Source: a virus
Direction: 5' to 3' (one strand)
Length of the DNA stretch: 64,000 nucleotides
IMG/VR virus record: IMGVR_UViG_3300020146_000001
In this document: in pieces, positions 34,801 through 43,141 of the stretch
How positions within the stretch are numbered: the first letter of the stretch is position 1
How the letters are laid out: every line of letters starts with the position of its first letter
Translations under genes and position numbers: made by a program
The notes under the pieces: model-generated
Seen by the model: only the letters and a program-made list of their open reading frames with translations
Database searches by the model: none
What the model was told of the DNA's origin: nothing

Positions 34801-37044
34801 CAGGCCAACCGCCACTTGACGCTGCTCACTTTCCAACCTCTGCCGCGAAGCCTCAAGGTCTGGAATTGACATCTCGTAGAGCGGTTTCTCTACTACGGGC
34901 GGGGCGGCACTCACCTCATTGAGCGCGGAACTAATCTCTTCGGTGGTGGCGTCGGCGACTCTCGCCTCTCTCGACGCCCTCAGAAAAGCCTCACGGTCAC
35001 CGGACTGTGCGGCCACTTTCAGCCCCTCAAGCGCGGCGGCTTTAGGCGTCAACGCACTCGGCGATTCTGCGGTTGGCCTCCGTTCTATCTCACCCCGACG
35101 ACTCATCCGATTTTTGTCTGGCACCTGTTGAATCTCGGGGTAGTCAAGCAGTAAACGACCTTCGGGGCGGGCTAATGGCTCGCTGGCGACCTCAGAGACG
35201 GGCATGTCGGCGGCGGATTTAGGCCGTGCGGGGCGTTCGAGCCCTAAAGGCGTCCTGACATCCCCGTCAAGCGGTCTGCGGCGTCCTACGGGCATTGCGG
35301 CACCCAAAGCGGCGTCCAGAACAAGGTCCGTGGGGTCGGTCTTTCCGGCAAGAGCAGATTGAGCAACATTGGTTGCTCCCGACGCCCCGCGGGTCAGGGC
35401 TTGGCGAGCCAAAGGACTCATCTTGTTGGTCAGACGAGAGACGGCAGAACCAGCGGCAACCATCGGGATTGTAGGCACGGCCTGACGTGTGGCCTCCATC
35501 GGCCCGCGGTGCAGGTTTTCGGCAAAGACAACAGCAGGGAACGCGGGGCCACTCCAACCCTTTGTTGCGATGGTTCCGGCAATCTCCGCACCACCTCTGG
35601 CTAGTTTGTTGGCTACGGTAGTCTCTTCGGGAATCGCACGCTGGGAGGCGTCCACTAAGGCTTGGGCCTCGCGATCTTCTGCGGCGAGGCGTTCCAGTTC
35701 GGGATGATTCTGACCCAACCCCAATCGAGCCCCAGCGGCCTTGGGAAGCATTACGACGTTGTGCAGAAGTTGACCCGCACCAGCCGCCGTCTCATCCACT
35801 CCGGTTCCTATCGCCGCTGCGATGCCCCTTTCCGCCCGGTCTTTCTTAAACGCCTCCGCTCTTTCCCTCTCAAACTTCTCGTCGGCTTCGTCAATCTGCC
35901 GCGTGGCTTCCCTGACGGCATCCACCGAGCCGGTTTGTAGGTAAGTATTCAGCGCGTGAATGAATCTCTGATTGGGCGCGACGTTGAAGACGTAAGTCCC
36001 GGTCTTATCGTCATATCCAACTTCGCCACGCTGGAAGGCTTCGGCTAAATTAAACTTGGCTTGTCCCAAAGGCTCGCCAGCTTCGGCCTTGAACCGTCTC
36101 CCCGCTTCGACATATGCAGGCCCGCCCATCGCTTCCAAGACAGCATCATCAATCTGCTCGACGGACGGATAACTCGACTTAGGAGAGCGCACGCGGACTG
36201 TGACACCCTTACCTTGCTCCCTGCCGTAGCCTTTGGGCGGCTCGGGCAAATCCGGCCTCGCGCGGTCGTGGAAATACTTTGCAATGCGCTGGCCCAGGTC
36301 CAAAGTTAGAGGTTCGGGTGTGGCGTCAGGATAGAGTTGCGGCTGAGTACCATCAGTTGTAGGCTGAATTGGTGCGTCAAAGTCTACGTCTTCGCGCACT
36401 GTGGAAGTCACGCGGGGCGTCCTCAGTACGGGCTGCGTGGCTGGCTGTAGGGCAGGTTGCGGAGCTCTGGCAACTCTTTCGACTGCGGCGTTGAGTCCGA
36501 GCGGCCCATCGGCAGGAGAAGCAGGCGAGTCCAGCCCGTCAGCCTTAGCCATCAACTCGGCAACCCTATCCTGACTAAATGGCTGCCCGGACAAGCGAAC
36601 AGGGTAGTAAAGGTCTTTGACGGTACTCGGGTCCACCACTTGGCCGTTTTCCCACCATTCGTAGTGAATGTGCGGGCCGTGCGCGTTCCCGGTTCTGCCG
36701 ACTGTAGCGATAGGCTGACCGGGATTTATGGTCTGCCCGACTTGAACAAGGTTCTGCGTATTGTGCATCATGCGGGAGCGGGCCTTGCGCCCGTCCGGCA
36801 TGTCAAACTCTAATTCAACCCAGTTGCCGCCACGCTTCGCACCCGTACCCACATTAGTTACTCTCGCGGGCACGTTGAACCCGTAGGGCGTCTTGTCTTC
36901 AATCTGAAGGTCGTAGCCCTTATGCCTACGCGCGCCGCCGTCACGGGGAGCGCCCCACTGGGAAATGACGCGGTTGATCGAACCGTCCCCGGACAGCCCG
37001 TCAGCCTTCTGCATCAACTCTCTTATGCGCTTCTCGTCCTGCAT
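31828..37044 (-). CDS. Giant polyvalent-type protein with an N-terminal M23 (LytM) peptidase domain. Candidate ejected/internal virion protein.
   Basis: 1738 aa. M23 motifs are RRHKGYDL (HxxxD) and GNAHGPHIHYEW (HxH). The remainder is long, helical and charged with no motif I recognise. Confidence 0.8.
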   Translation of the reverse strand: MQDEKRIRELMQKADGLSGDGSINRVISQWGAPRDGGARRHKGYDLQIEDKTPYGFNVPARVTNVGTGAKRGGNWVELEFDMPDGRKARSRMMHNTQNLVQVGQTINPGQPIATVGRTGNAHGPHIHYEWWENGQVVDPSTVKDLYYPVRLSGQPFSQDRVAELMAKADGLDSPASPADGPLGLNAAVERVARAPQPALQPATQPVLRTPRVTSTVREDVDFDAPIQPTTDGTQPQLYPDATPEPLTLDLGQRIAKYFHDRARPDLPEPPKGYGREQGKGVTVRVRSPKSSYPSVEQIDDAVLEAMGGPAYVEAGRRFKAEAGEPLGQAKFNLAEAFQRGEVGYDDKTGTYVFNVAPNQRFIHALNTYLQTGSVDAVREATRQIDEADEKFERERAEAFKKDRAERGIAAAIGTGVDETAAGAGQLLHNVVMLPKAAGARLGLGQNHPELERLAAEDREAQALVDASQRAIPEETTVANKLARGGAEIAGTIATKGWSGPAFPAVVFAENLHRGPMEATRQAVPTIPMVAAGSAVSRLTNKMSPLARQALTRGASGATNVAQSALAGKTDPTDLVLDAALGAAMPVGRRRPLDGDVRTPLGLERPARPKSAADMPVSEVASEPLARPEGRLLLDYPEIQQVPDKNRMSRRGEIERRPTAESPSALTPKAAALEGLKVAAQSGDREAFLRASREARVADATTEEISSALNEVSAAPPVVEKPLYEMSIPDLEASRQRLESEQRQVAVGLLGREKGNRYLELERKILSPDAPDSVVRRARSEMEQMTRGLTEQQLNRLEQESPVSVDDYKTFRDDLETIAAHSDSEESLARALAKPLTDIGAERDPAKMNRQQQRAYAQMRYAAEIARGKGFDTAKITGMAAERAKGRFSNREDAEFMLRHLFKDTSGLKDAPRGLSAAPATPHYERQNRRARNTATGRKGQFKSGFKEESPAVSGVRSEEAPKGETNEVPVSAVPARPADVGLPRTGTVERAASESKGAARSLPQSLERVGLQKGEDLTYEVVTDKAAYGRAQESIRQQGVDRVAADLLTKLHGGEEVSKDDAVAGFELMRRFEESGETKRAAELANVLSQKLTQAGQVTQAASVLARLSPEGVKIAASRKAGRELTVQESNSVTEAAAKVREAEGKISTLEKQIAELQMRATTRAPRPKLETLQERLQKAESEARARLEARKQGGVKGSQAGASIIPLDIADYAIIGASKLAQKGVSAASFTADMVKEFGEEIRPKMRAIYREAYKLYDQNRKDLLQEQRERSVRRENVGPLRPEDMRRLVNQRLDAQTDARKARQQLAKKFDELSATPGRTFGRKVVDVLGLARAAETALDLSWGLRQGKMALARHPLIWAKGFGKQIQALKADKFERIVSEIEGDADFKYAKRFKLGLTAEGLRGETLGAREESFQTSLADKIPGIAMSQRAQTAMGDVVKFGWFKDYLNKARKAGLDPEKAEDRAVFQQGVDLINDFTGRGKLPRQLEGAAPVLNNTIFSPRFWAARVRSLTITPARMVLPERMGGLSGPARKEAFKTLFAFSSLVAAQLALAKMNGAEVATSPEDKKFGKACWGDTCFDFSAGFQSHIRLALNLEKAIRGESNREPMEIFGTYVRGKESPIASIVHDTFLSRRKEGRGTDVTGEPVYMAGKPGTSGFERLRTSYPFKKLTPMVWNDAIEAYKQSGLGAGLGIGIASFLGEGATSYEQRENRGTSRGTARPSASRPAKPQRSTKE

Positions 37045-39014
37045 TACTTCTTAAACTTCAGGCGAACCCCGGCAGCAGCCTCTTCAGGACTGGCCCCGAC
37101 TTGAATCATGCGGTTGTAGTATTCCTGCTCTTGGGGTGAATACCTTTGAACTGCGCCCGACGATTGTGCGGCACGGGGCGGGGTGTATTGAGTCTGCTGG
37201 GGCGCGGGGCGGGCAGGGCTAGGCTGCTTAGGAGTCCTTATCTGCCCCTGCATCTCGCCTATCTCATCCCTCAACCTGATTGCCCGCTTACGGTGCTCCT
37301 CGCGGTAGTAAGGGTCAATGTTCGGGTTCTTAGCGTTGGCGTCTTCGCCTTCCGCCTCGCGTTGTTTTTCACGAATGCGGCGCTTCAAGTCCTCGTTGAA
37401 ATCGGAATCTTCTTTGAATTGCTGTTCCTCCTTAGCAACCCTTTCGGCCTCACGCCGCTCCCACTCACTCGCGTACTTCGTCTGCTCGTTTATCTGTTCG
37501 ACTTTCGCCCTTTCTCCCGTAGCCGTCGCCATCGCAGCCGTGTTCGGTGAGACCTTGAATCTCTGACCGGCAATCTCAAACTCGACCGGAGTTCTCAGTG
37601 TGTCCGTAATTTCTCTTCCCTGATTGTCTGCCGCAGGCTCGTACTGGCGGGACTCAGGATTAAAAATCAGGAGCTTACCGTCTGCCCACTGGGTATTCGG
37701 TGCTCCTGTCCTCTTCGCGCTGACCACAACCTCCGTCCGGTCAGCCTCGCCCTCTGCGCCGGGGGTGATTTTCACGATTTGGCCCTGCGCGTTAGTTCTG
37801 TAAATAGGTTTAGGCTGCGGTGGGCTCAGAATCTTTCGCGTCTGGGCCTTGCGCCAGTCGTCAAGAATCTGGTCCGACTGAATGCCCGTCATGGCCCTTC
37901 TCAGTCCGACCTGATTTACTAACTCCTGCTGATTCTCAGCCTGTACCCTCTTCAACCTTCCCTCTGCCAAAATGTCCGGGTCAGCAGCGGCGTGGGCTCC
38001 ACCCGCGAGGGAAGGAATTAAACCCCTGCCCTCAAGCATCCCCTGCCCTAACGCCTTGCCGAAAGCCCCGAACCTTCCCCAGAAGCCCCGCTTCGCCTGA
38101 GTACGCGGATTCCCAAACTTGTCCTGCCCGAAGTCCGGCCTTGAACTGTCCGCATAGGCAGAGTTTTCTGCCGCTCTTATTAGGGGGTCTACGGGCTGGG
38201 TCAATCTCAATCTTCCGGTAGACGCCACTTCTGAAGGCGAAAGCATGTGCGAGCCTTCCACCAGAGTCGGGGGTCGCTCTAGGGCAGGCAGAGCATCAAC
38301 CGTTGACAAGCTACCTACCCGAGCAATGGGAGAACGCATCAGCGGGGGGATGTCATTCACAATCAGACCCCCAGTTTCAACCGGGATAGGCATCCCAACG
38401 GCGCGGCGTCTGGTCAACGGTTCCGGCGCGTCATTCTCGCCCCCGGCATTATGTAGGAGGGGCACGGCGCGGAGAACGGCATCGTTTACCGACTCCCCGC
38501 TCGGAAGAGTCTCGTCTAACTGCCGCCTTCTCAGTAAGAGAGGAATTAAGCTATCCATTGCTCTGCGTGATAGTGCCATTACCTTCTTCTCCTTCTTCTT
38601 CGCGGCCTTCGCCTCAGACGGCGAGATGTACGGCGACAAAGCCCTCTTCAGCCTGTCCGAACGGGCGGGGTGGCGTAACTTTCTCAGCGCCTTTGCCTCA
38701 ATTTGCCGCACCCGTTCCCTACTCACCCCCAGGCGCTTACTGATGTCCTCTAACGTGTGCCCCTCCGAGCCGTCAAAACCAAACCGCAGCTTGATAATCA
38801 ACTGCTCTCGCGGTGCTAGGGTTGAAACCGCCGATTCCAATAGCCCCGACATCTCATGCTCCGCGACCACATCAAAGGGCGAGGGTGGAACCTGAAAAAT
38901 ACCGGAAGGCGACATCTGCTCAGACAGCGACAAGTCTTCAGACGACAGCAAGTCGTTAAGCGTCACGCCGCCCAACATCCTTGATTCGTCTAAATACATC
39001 ACCGCTTGCTGCAT
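37044..39014 (-). CDS. Sigma-70 region 3.2/4 module fused to a ~530-aa uncharacterised C-terminal region
   Basis: The N-terminus LAPREQLIIKLRFGFDGSEGHTLEDISKRLGVSRERVRQIEAKALRKLRHPARSDRLKRAL follows the RpoD C-terminal consensus. TAATG overlap with the 1738-aa gene. Confidence 0.8.
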   Translation of the reverse strand: MQQAVMYLDESRMLGGVTLNDLLSSEDLSLSEQMSPSGIFQVPPSPFDVVAEHEMSGLLESAVSTLAPREQLIIKLRFGFDGSEGHTLEDISKRLGVSRERVRQIEAKALRKLRHPARSDRLKRALSPYISPSEAKAAKKKEKKVMALSRRAMDSLIPLLLRRRQLDETLPSGESVNDAVLRAVPLLHNAGGENDAPEPLTRRRAVGMPIPVETGGLIVNDIPPLMRSPIARVGSLSTVDALPALERPPTLVEGSHMLSPSEVASTGRLRLTQPVDPLIRAAENSAYADSSRPDFGQDKFGNPRTQAKRGFWGRFGAFGKALGQGMLEGRGLIPSLAGGAHAAADPDILAEGRLKRVQAENQQELVNQVGLRRAMTGIQSDQILDDWRKAQTRKILSPPQPKPIYRTNAQGQIVKITPGAEGEADRTEVVVSAKRTGAPNTQWADGKLLIFNPESRQYEPAADNQGREITDTLRTPVEFEIAGQRFKVSPNTAAMATATGERAKVEQINEQTKYASEWERREAERVAKEEQQFKEDSDFNEDLKRRIREKQREAEGEDANAKNPNIDPYYREEHRKRAIRLRDEIGEMQGQIRTPKQPSPARPAPQQTQYTPPRAAQSSGAVQRYSPQEQEYYNRMIQVGASPEEAAAGVRLKFKK

Positions 39015-39094
39015 TACCTTTTCCTCACGAACCTACTCACCACCCACAACAACCCCGCCGGCAACGACTAAAACCATGAATATTTGGCCTGCAA

Positions 39095-39463
39095 TCAATG
39101 TGCTAAACCGTTCCCGCCGTGGCGGAATCTTTCAAGCTCAAGTTCGATCATTTCGAATCTATCTTTCCAGAGGTCGCGGTCTTCAACTAACTGCTTCTTT
39201 TCCTGCTCCCACGCTTGCTCCGCTTCTCTTAAATCTTTGCGAATGTCCCTGATAATGTCGTTATAAGTTTTCGTGGCCTCGGCTTCTATCTTCAGAGCCT
39301 CGGCGCGTTCTCTGACTGTCTTCGCGTCCGTGTAGTGAATCTCCGCCGGTATCTTCTTCCGCTCCCTCCACTCCCTGAACCACCCTCCCGCAAAAACAAT
39401 TGCAAGCAGGTAGATGATAAGGTCCAGCCACGAGCGCGGTGAGGTTGGAAAAGGTACTTGCAT
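39095..39463 (-). CDS. N-terminally anchored coiled-coil membrane protein (i-spanin-like architecture)
   Basis: 122 aa. One TM helix (LDLIIYLLAIVFAGGWF) followed by a charged coiled coil. Confidence 0.5.
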   Translation of the reverse strand: MQVPFPTSPRSWLDLIIYLLAIVFAGGWFREWRERKKIPAEIHYTDAKTVRERAEALKIEAEATKTYNDIIRDIRKDLREAEQAWEQEKKQLVEDRDLWKDRFEMIELELERFRHGGNGLAH

Positions 39464-39464
39464 C

Positions 39465-39884
39465 TCATATCTTCTGCCTTGAATTTAACCGCTTGGCATC
39501 TCGACTCAGTTCGTCAAGCAAATCTGTATTCACACTGGCATTCTTGAACCTGCGCCTCAGATACCTGCTCACCGCCGGGGAGTTCGGGTGATACTGACGC
39601 CCCAACTGACACAGGGCGGCCGGGTGACTTCGATTCCACGGACTCTTTTGGACAAAGCCTCTGGGGTACGTCTCCGCGTCGGCGTCAGCCTCTTCCTCGC
39701 GCTCGTACACGCCCTGAATGTGGGGAGCATTCCGCCACTGCCAGCAGAAGAAGACGAAGCGTTCAATGGGCAGGAGGATGCACGAGACGAACACCCTCCC
39801 GGCCAAAGGCAAGCCCTCGAAAGAGGTGTTCTGCCCGACGATGTGGACCTCACACAGAGGCTCTTGTTTGGGTTGCGCGCTCAC
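39465..39884 (-). CDS. Hypothetical protein (139 aa)
   Basis: Co-oriented ORF that overlaps the upstream gene by 4 nt. Confidence 0.5.
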   Translation of the reverse strand: MSAQPKQEPLCEVHIVGQNTSFEGLPLAGRVFVSCILLPIERFVFFCWQWRNAPHIQGVYEREEEADADAETYPRGFVQKSPWNRSHPAALCQLGRQYHPNSPAVSRYLRRRFKNASVNTDLLDELSRDAKRLNSRQKI

Positions 39885-40042
39885 GGCCTGTCAGGGGGCT
39901 TCCCACTACCGGGACCGGGTATCTCGCCATCCGCGGGCATCGGCTCAGGTTCCGACTCTGGCTTAGGTGGCGGTTGCGGCTTAGGCTTCTCGGGCTCGTC
40001 TTCCGCCCTCGCGTCAATCGGTATCTCTTTCTTATCTGCCAT
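39881..40042 (-). CDS. Small Pro/Glu/Lys-rich protein (53 aa)
   Basis: Start at MADKKEI, with AAAGGAAAACAGA upstream. Low complexity. Confidence 0.35.
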   Translation of the reverse strand: MADKKEIPIDARAEDEPEKPKPQPPPKPESEPEPMPADGEIPGPGSGKPPDRP

Positions 40043-40260
40043 TCTGTTTTCCTTTCGCTGAATGATTACTAGTGGTTGCGGCGGCTTGTGGGCCTCCATT
40101 TACCTCTGCCCTTCTCGTGCATATACTTTGCACGGGCTGGGGCAAAGATGTTTCCTTTGCTCTGGTCAAGTCCGGGCTGCGTCATCTTCGCGGGTAGCGC
40201 AGTCCGGGCGTCCCGGTTTAGTTACTCACCACACGCTCAAAAGCCTTATTTTTCGGTTCA

Positions 40261-40584
40261 TCATTTCGGATGAACCTGTGGTTTCGGAATCTTTGCTACC
40301 GCCACGGCCTCAAAATCATGCGGACGTAAACGGCGGTCCTCGCCAATCATGTGGGCGGCATACTGCGCCCGCGGGCTGTGTCCAACCGTGAACCCACGGC
40401 AACAGGCGTTGCAGATGAACGACGGAACGCCTAAGCCGACACCGCGCTTATTCGCCGGGTTGAAGGAATCATCCCGCGAGATATTCTCAACGCCACACCA
40501 CGGGCAGAAGCGCACGGCTTTAATCGTTCCCGAATGTCTGCGTCCTCTAGTCGGCATCTTCCCCTTCCGCTTAGCTTTAACCAC
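40261..40584 (-). CDS. Basic Zn-ribbon protein (107 aa)
   Basis: GTG start. Contains CPWCG ... CNACC. The N-terminus is Lys/Arg-rich. Confidence 0.5.
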   Translation of the reverse strand: MVKAKRKGKMPTRGRRHSGTIKAVRFCPWCGVENISRDDSFNPANKRGVGLGVPSFICNACCRGFTVGHSPRAQYAAHMIGEDRRLRPHDFEAVAVAKIPKPQVHPK

Positions 40585-40641
40585 TTGAGCAGCATTGCTC
40601 GTGTGGCAACGTTCACCTTGTTCCCGGCCCGTGGGCCGAAC

Positions 40642-40971
40642 TCAAATCCCCACACTCCTCAAATCTTTCCTCAGCAAATTCAGCCCCCAGATGATGAGTC
40701 CGAGCATGAGGAAGGTCGCGCCGACCTGTATCCACTGCTCGACACTCAGGCTCTCGGGCATCACCCCTTCCTGCTGCGCCTTCATAATCGCCGCCGGCAG
40801 TCGGATGTACCCTATGACCTGCCTCGCCCCGCCAACGATGAAGGCCAGAGCCAGAAGCGTCCAGGCGCTCGACTTGAGGATGTGCCTCAGTGCCACGGCC
40901 TGCATGACGATCACCAGATAGCAGGAGGTCAGTGCGAAGGCCAGAAGTAGAACTTGCTCACTTATGCCCAT
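40642..40971 (-). CDS. Multi-TM membrane protein (holin-class candidate)
   Basis: 109 aa with about 3-4 hydrophobic helices. Overlaps the upstream gene by 10 nt. Confidence 0.5.
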   Translation of the reverse strand: MGISEQVLLLAFALTSCYLVIVMQAVALRHILKSSAWTLLALAFIVGGARQVIGYIRLPAAIMKAQQEGVMPESLSVEQWIQVGATFLMLGLIIWGLNLLRKDLRSVGI

Positions 40972-41360
40972 TTGAATTTCCTCATCGTCTGCATGGCTGC
41001 CAGTAGCTGAATCGCCGCGTTACGCTCCGACTTCGGGCAGGTGTAATCGTCCTTCAGCCTCTTGAGATAATTCATCAACTGCTGCCGCTCCTCTTCACTC
41101 AACGCGCCCTCCTGGTGCTTACGGAGCAGGACGCGAATGTTGTCCGGCGTCGGGTTAGGCGAATCAAGCACCATCGCGGCCCCCTTGCCCGTGTTTTCCA
41201 GGTAGTATTTGAAGGCCGTTTCCAGCTTCACAATATCTTTCCCGAATTGAATCACCTGCTTGACCAGCCAGGTCAGCAAACCGATAACCGCCATTGATGC
41301 GGCGATGATGTAGGGCGTCAGCGTCGGGTCTAAAAGTATTAAGCCTGTCGGGTCTTGCAT
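40962..41360 (-). CDS. Single-TM membrane protein (132 aa)
   Basis: TM helix is PYIIAASMAVIGLLTWLV. The C-terminus is helical. Confidence 0.5.
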   Translation of the reverse strand: MQDPTGLILLDPTLTPYIIAASMAVIGLLTWLVKQVIQFGKDIVKLETAFKYYLENTGKGAAMVLDSPNPTPDNIRVLLRKHQEGALSEEERQQLMNYLKRLKDDYTCPKSERNAAIQLLAAMQTMRKFKWA

Positions 41361-41384
41361 TCATAACCTCTTGCTCACTCGGGC

Positions 41385-41666
41385 TTACTTCCGTCGCCAC
41401 CGCTTCTCGTTCGCCTCGTGCAGCTTCCTCAAGATTTCCGGCTTGAGGTGGTTGCGAATCGCAGAGGCCACGTCCACGCAAGCGAACTCTTCATTTTCGC
41501 CTTCCACTTTGGGCGGCGACAGGTAGCGCGCGACGGTCTCAGTGATGAACTCAACAAGCTCGTCATGGAATGGGGTTTCCGGTGGCTCTGGAAACTCAAA
41601 GTTCGGGTGAAGCCGAAGCGACTTATGTACGGCATGTGCCGTTATGTCTCTCGTCAAATGTCCCAT
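41385..41666 (-). CDS. Hypothetical protein (93 aa)
   Basis: GTGAGGAAAGA RBS upstream of the ATG. Confidence 0.5.
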   Translation of the reverse strand: MGHLTRDITAHAVHKSLRLHPNFEFPEPPETPFHDELVEFITETVARYLSPPKVEGENEEFACVDVASAIRNHLKPEILRKLHEANEKRWRRK

Positions 41667-41803
41667 TCTTTCCTCACTTCTTTTCCTCGCCGCCTACTTC
41701 CCCTTCCAATCCAACCAAAACCCAATCAGTACAAGCATTGCCAGGATTACCGCCAACAGGACGCAGCCCCAAAGGTTCTTTCCGGGCATGGGGCGAAAAC
41801 GTG

Positions 41804-42016
41804 TCACGGCTTACTAAGGTCACGAACCTCACGCCTCAACGGCGTATGCGGGTGGCAGTATTCGGAGTTCATAGCCACACAGGCCCGCATCGGACAACCA
41901 ACCATCTTGCACTTCGGCCATCGGTAGTAATGAACAAGAATCCCGTTCTCAGTCTTGTAGGCCGCAACCGCAAGGTCTGTCTTCGGGTCAAGAATTAGCG
42001 ATACAAGTTCCATCAC
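41804..42016 (-). CDS. Small Cys/His-rich protein (70 aa)
   Basis: Contains CKMVGCPMRACVAMNSEYCHPH. Confidence 0.45.
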   Translation of the reverse strand: MMELVSLILDPKTDLAVAAYKTENGILVHYYRWPKCKMVGCPMRACVAMNSEYCHPHTPLRREVRDLSKP

Positions 42017-42191
42017 TTATTCACCCTCTTTCAACGGCCCCTTGCCGGGGGAGAGCCGGAAACCGACGTGCGCGTGTACTCACCACGTCGACTACAAGAT
42101 ATTGCTTGCGAGTTCAATCCTTTGCCTGTCGACCGCAACATATAGTGCCCTTTGGTGCGCGCGGGGCTTGTTTCGGGCTCCCACGTCGACA

Positions 42192-42509
42192 TCAGCCATC
42201 CCTCTTAGTCTGGCTACTACCGGCCCCACCCGTAGGCGGGGGCATGGCCGAGACAACGGCAGTAGCGGCGGCACGGGTGAACCCGAAGATGCCGGCGGCG
42301 GACAACGAAACAGCAACCCACCCCGCGAAGTAGTCGAAAGCTACGGCACGTTCAAAATTGCCCTTTGACCACCCCCACACGCCAACGCCTAAAAGCGAGA
42401 CGAGCAGGACGGCAATCGGCCCCCACCTGTCGGGCAGACCGCCCCACTTGATTATCTGAACCAACCCGACCACCGAAGCCGAAACCGCAATAATGGCCTG
42501 ACCGTCCAT
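42192..42509 (-). CDS. Holin-like membrane protein
   Basis: 105 aa with three hydrophobic helices and a polar C-terminal tail. Resembles small Gram-positive-phage-type (r1t/LL-H-like) holins (tentative). Confidence 0.5.
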   Translation of the reverse strand: MDGQAIIAVSASVVGLVQIIKWGGLPDRWGPIAVLLVSLLGVGVWGWSKGNFERAVAFDYFAGWVAVSLSAAGIFGFTRAAATAVVSAMPPPTGGAGSSQTKRDG

Positions 42510-42521
42510 CTCTTCACCTCA

Positions 42522-43037
42522 CTACGGGCACAAACTGTCGTCCCTGTTCACGGGAAGCCTGTCTCCCCCGATTTCCACGGGCACGTCTTCAACTTCCACC
42601 TTCAGCGGCTCGACTAGTTCACCTACGCCATCGAACAAACCGCTTAATTGCTCTTTGAACTCGCCTTCAAGAATGCGTAAGTGACATCTCACGTCCCGGT
42701 ATAAGCCCTTGAACTTCCCCGCCGCCTTATCGAAATCCGCTTTACTGCGGACAAGCCTGACTTCGCCGCTTAGCCCCCTGAAACTGCCTATGAAGCCCCG
42801 ATAATGCGTCTTCACCTCATCGGGCAGATTCACTTTGTCGAACTTCTCCTCCAGTTTGTTGAGTTGGGCGTCGAACAGATCGGCCAATTCGTTAAAAGCC
42901 AGCGGGGTAGCCTTAGACACGAGTACGGCAACCAGCTTCTTGATGTCCTGCTTCTGCTCGCAGCCGGGGGCGGTGAATCCCGCCGTGCCGAAGACGATGA
43001 CGAGGATTAGGATTGTGAGTCTGATGGATTTTCGCAT
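42522..43037 (-). CDS. Secreted or lipid-anchored helical protein
   Basis: 171 aa. Signal peptide is MRKSIRLTILILVIVFGTAGFTAPGC, with a possible non-canonical lipobox. Confidence 0.55.
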   Translation of the reverse strand: MRKSIRLTILILVIVFGTAGFTAPGCEQKQDIKKLVAVLVSKATPLAFNELADLFDAQLNKLEEKFDKVNLPDEVKTHYRGFIGSFRGLSGEVRLVRSKADFDKAAGKFKGLYRDVRCHLRILEGEFKEQLSGLFDGVGELVEPLKVEVEDVPVEIGGDRLPVNRDDSLCP

Positions 43038-43141
43038 GGGCTTCCTTCCTCAATTTGAATCACGTAGAACTTATCTTTGCGTTCACGAATGACGCGCCGG
43101 GTTTCTTCTTCTTCCGGCTCGTCTTCCATTGGTACAAATGC

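Noticed and set aside
31828-39014. Virion RNA polymerase (N4 or crAss-like) hidden in the two giant proteins
   Set aside because: I found no DxDGD/NADFDGD-type or single-subunit polymerase motifs by eye. The only transcription-related signature is the sigma region 4 segment, reported separately.
40100-40260. Possible tRNA or small RNA (GGTCAAGTCC and GCGGGTAGCGCAGTCCGG resemble T-loop and D-arm strings)
   Set aside because: I could not fold a cloverleaf on either strand: the anticodon stem and acceptor stem do not pair. The region is structured (several short hairpins), but I cannot support an RNA gene call.
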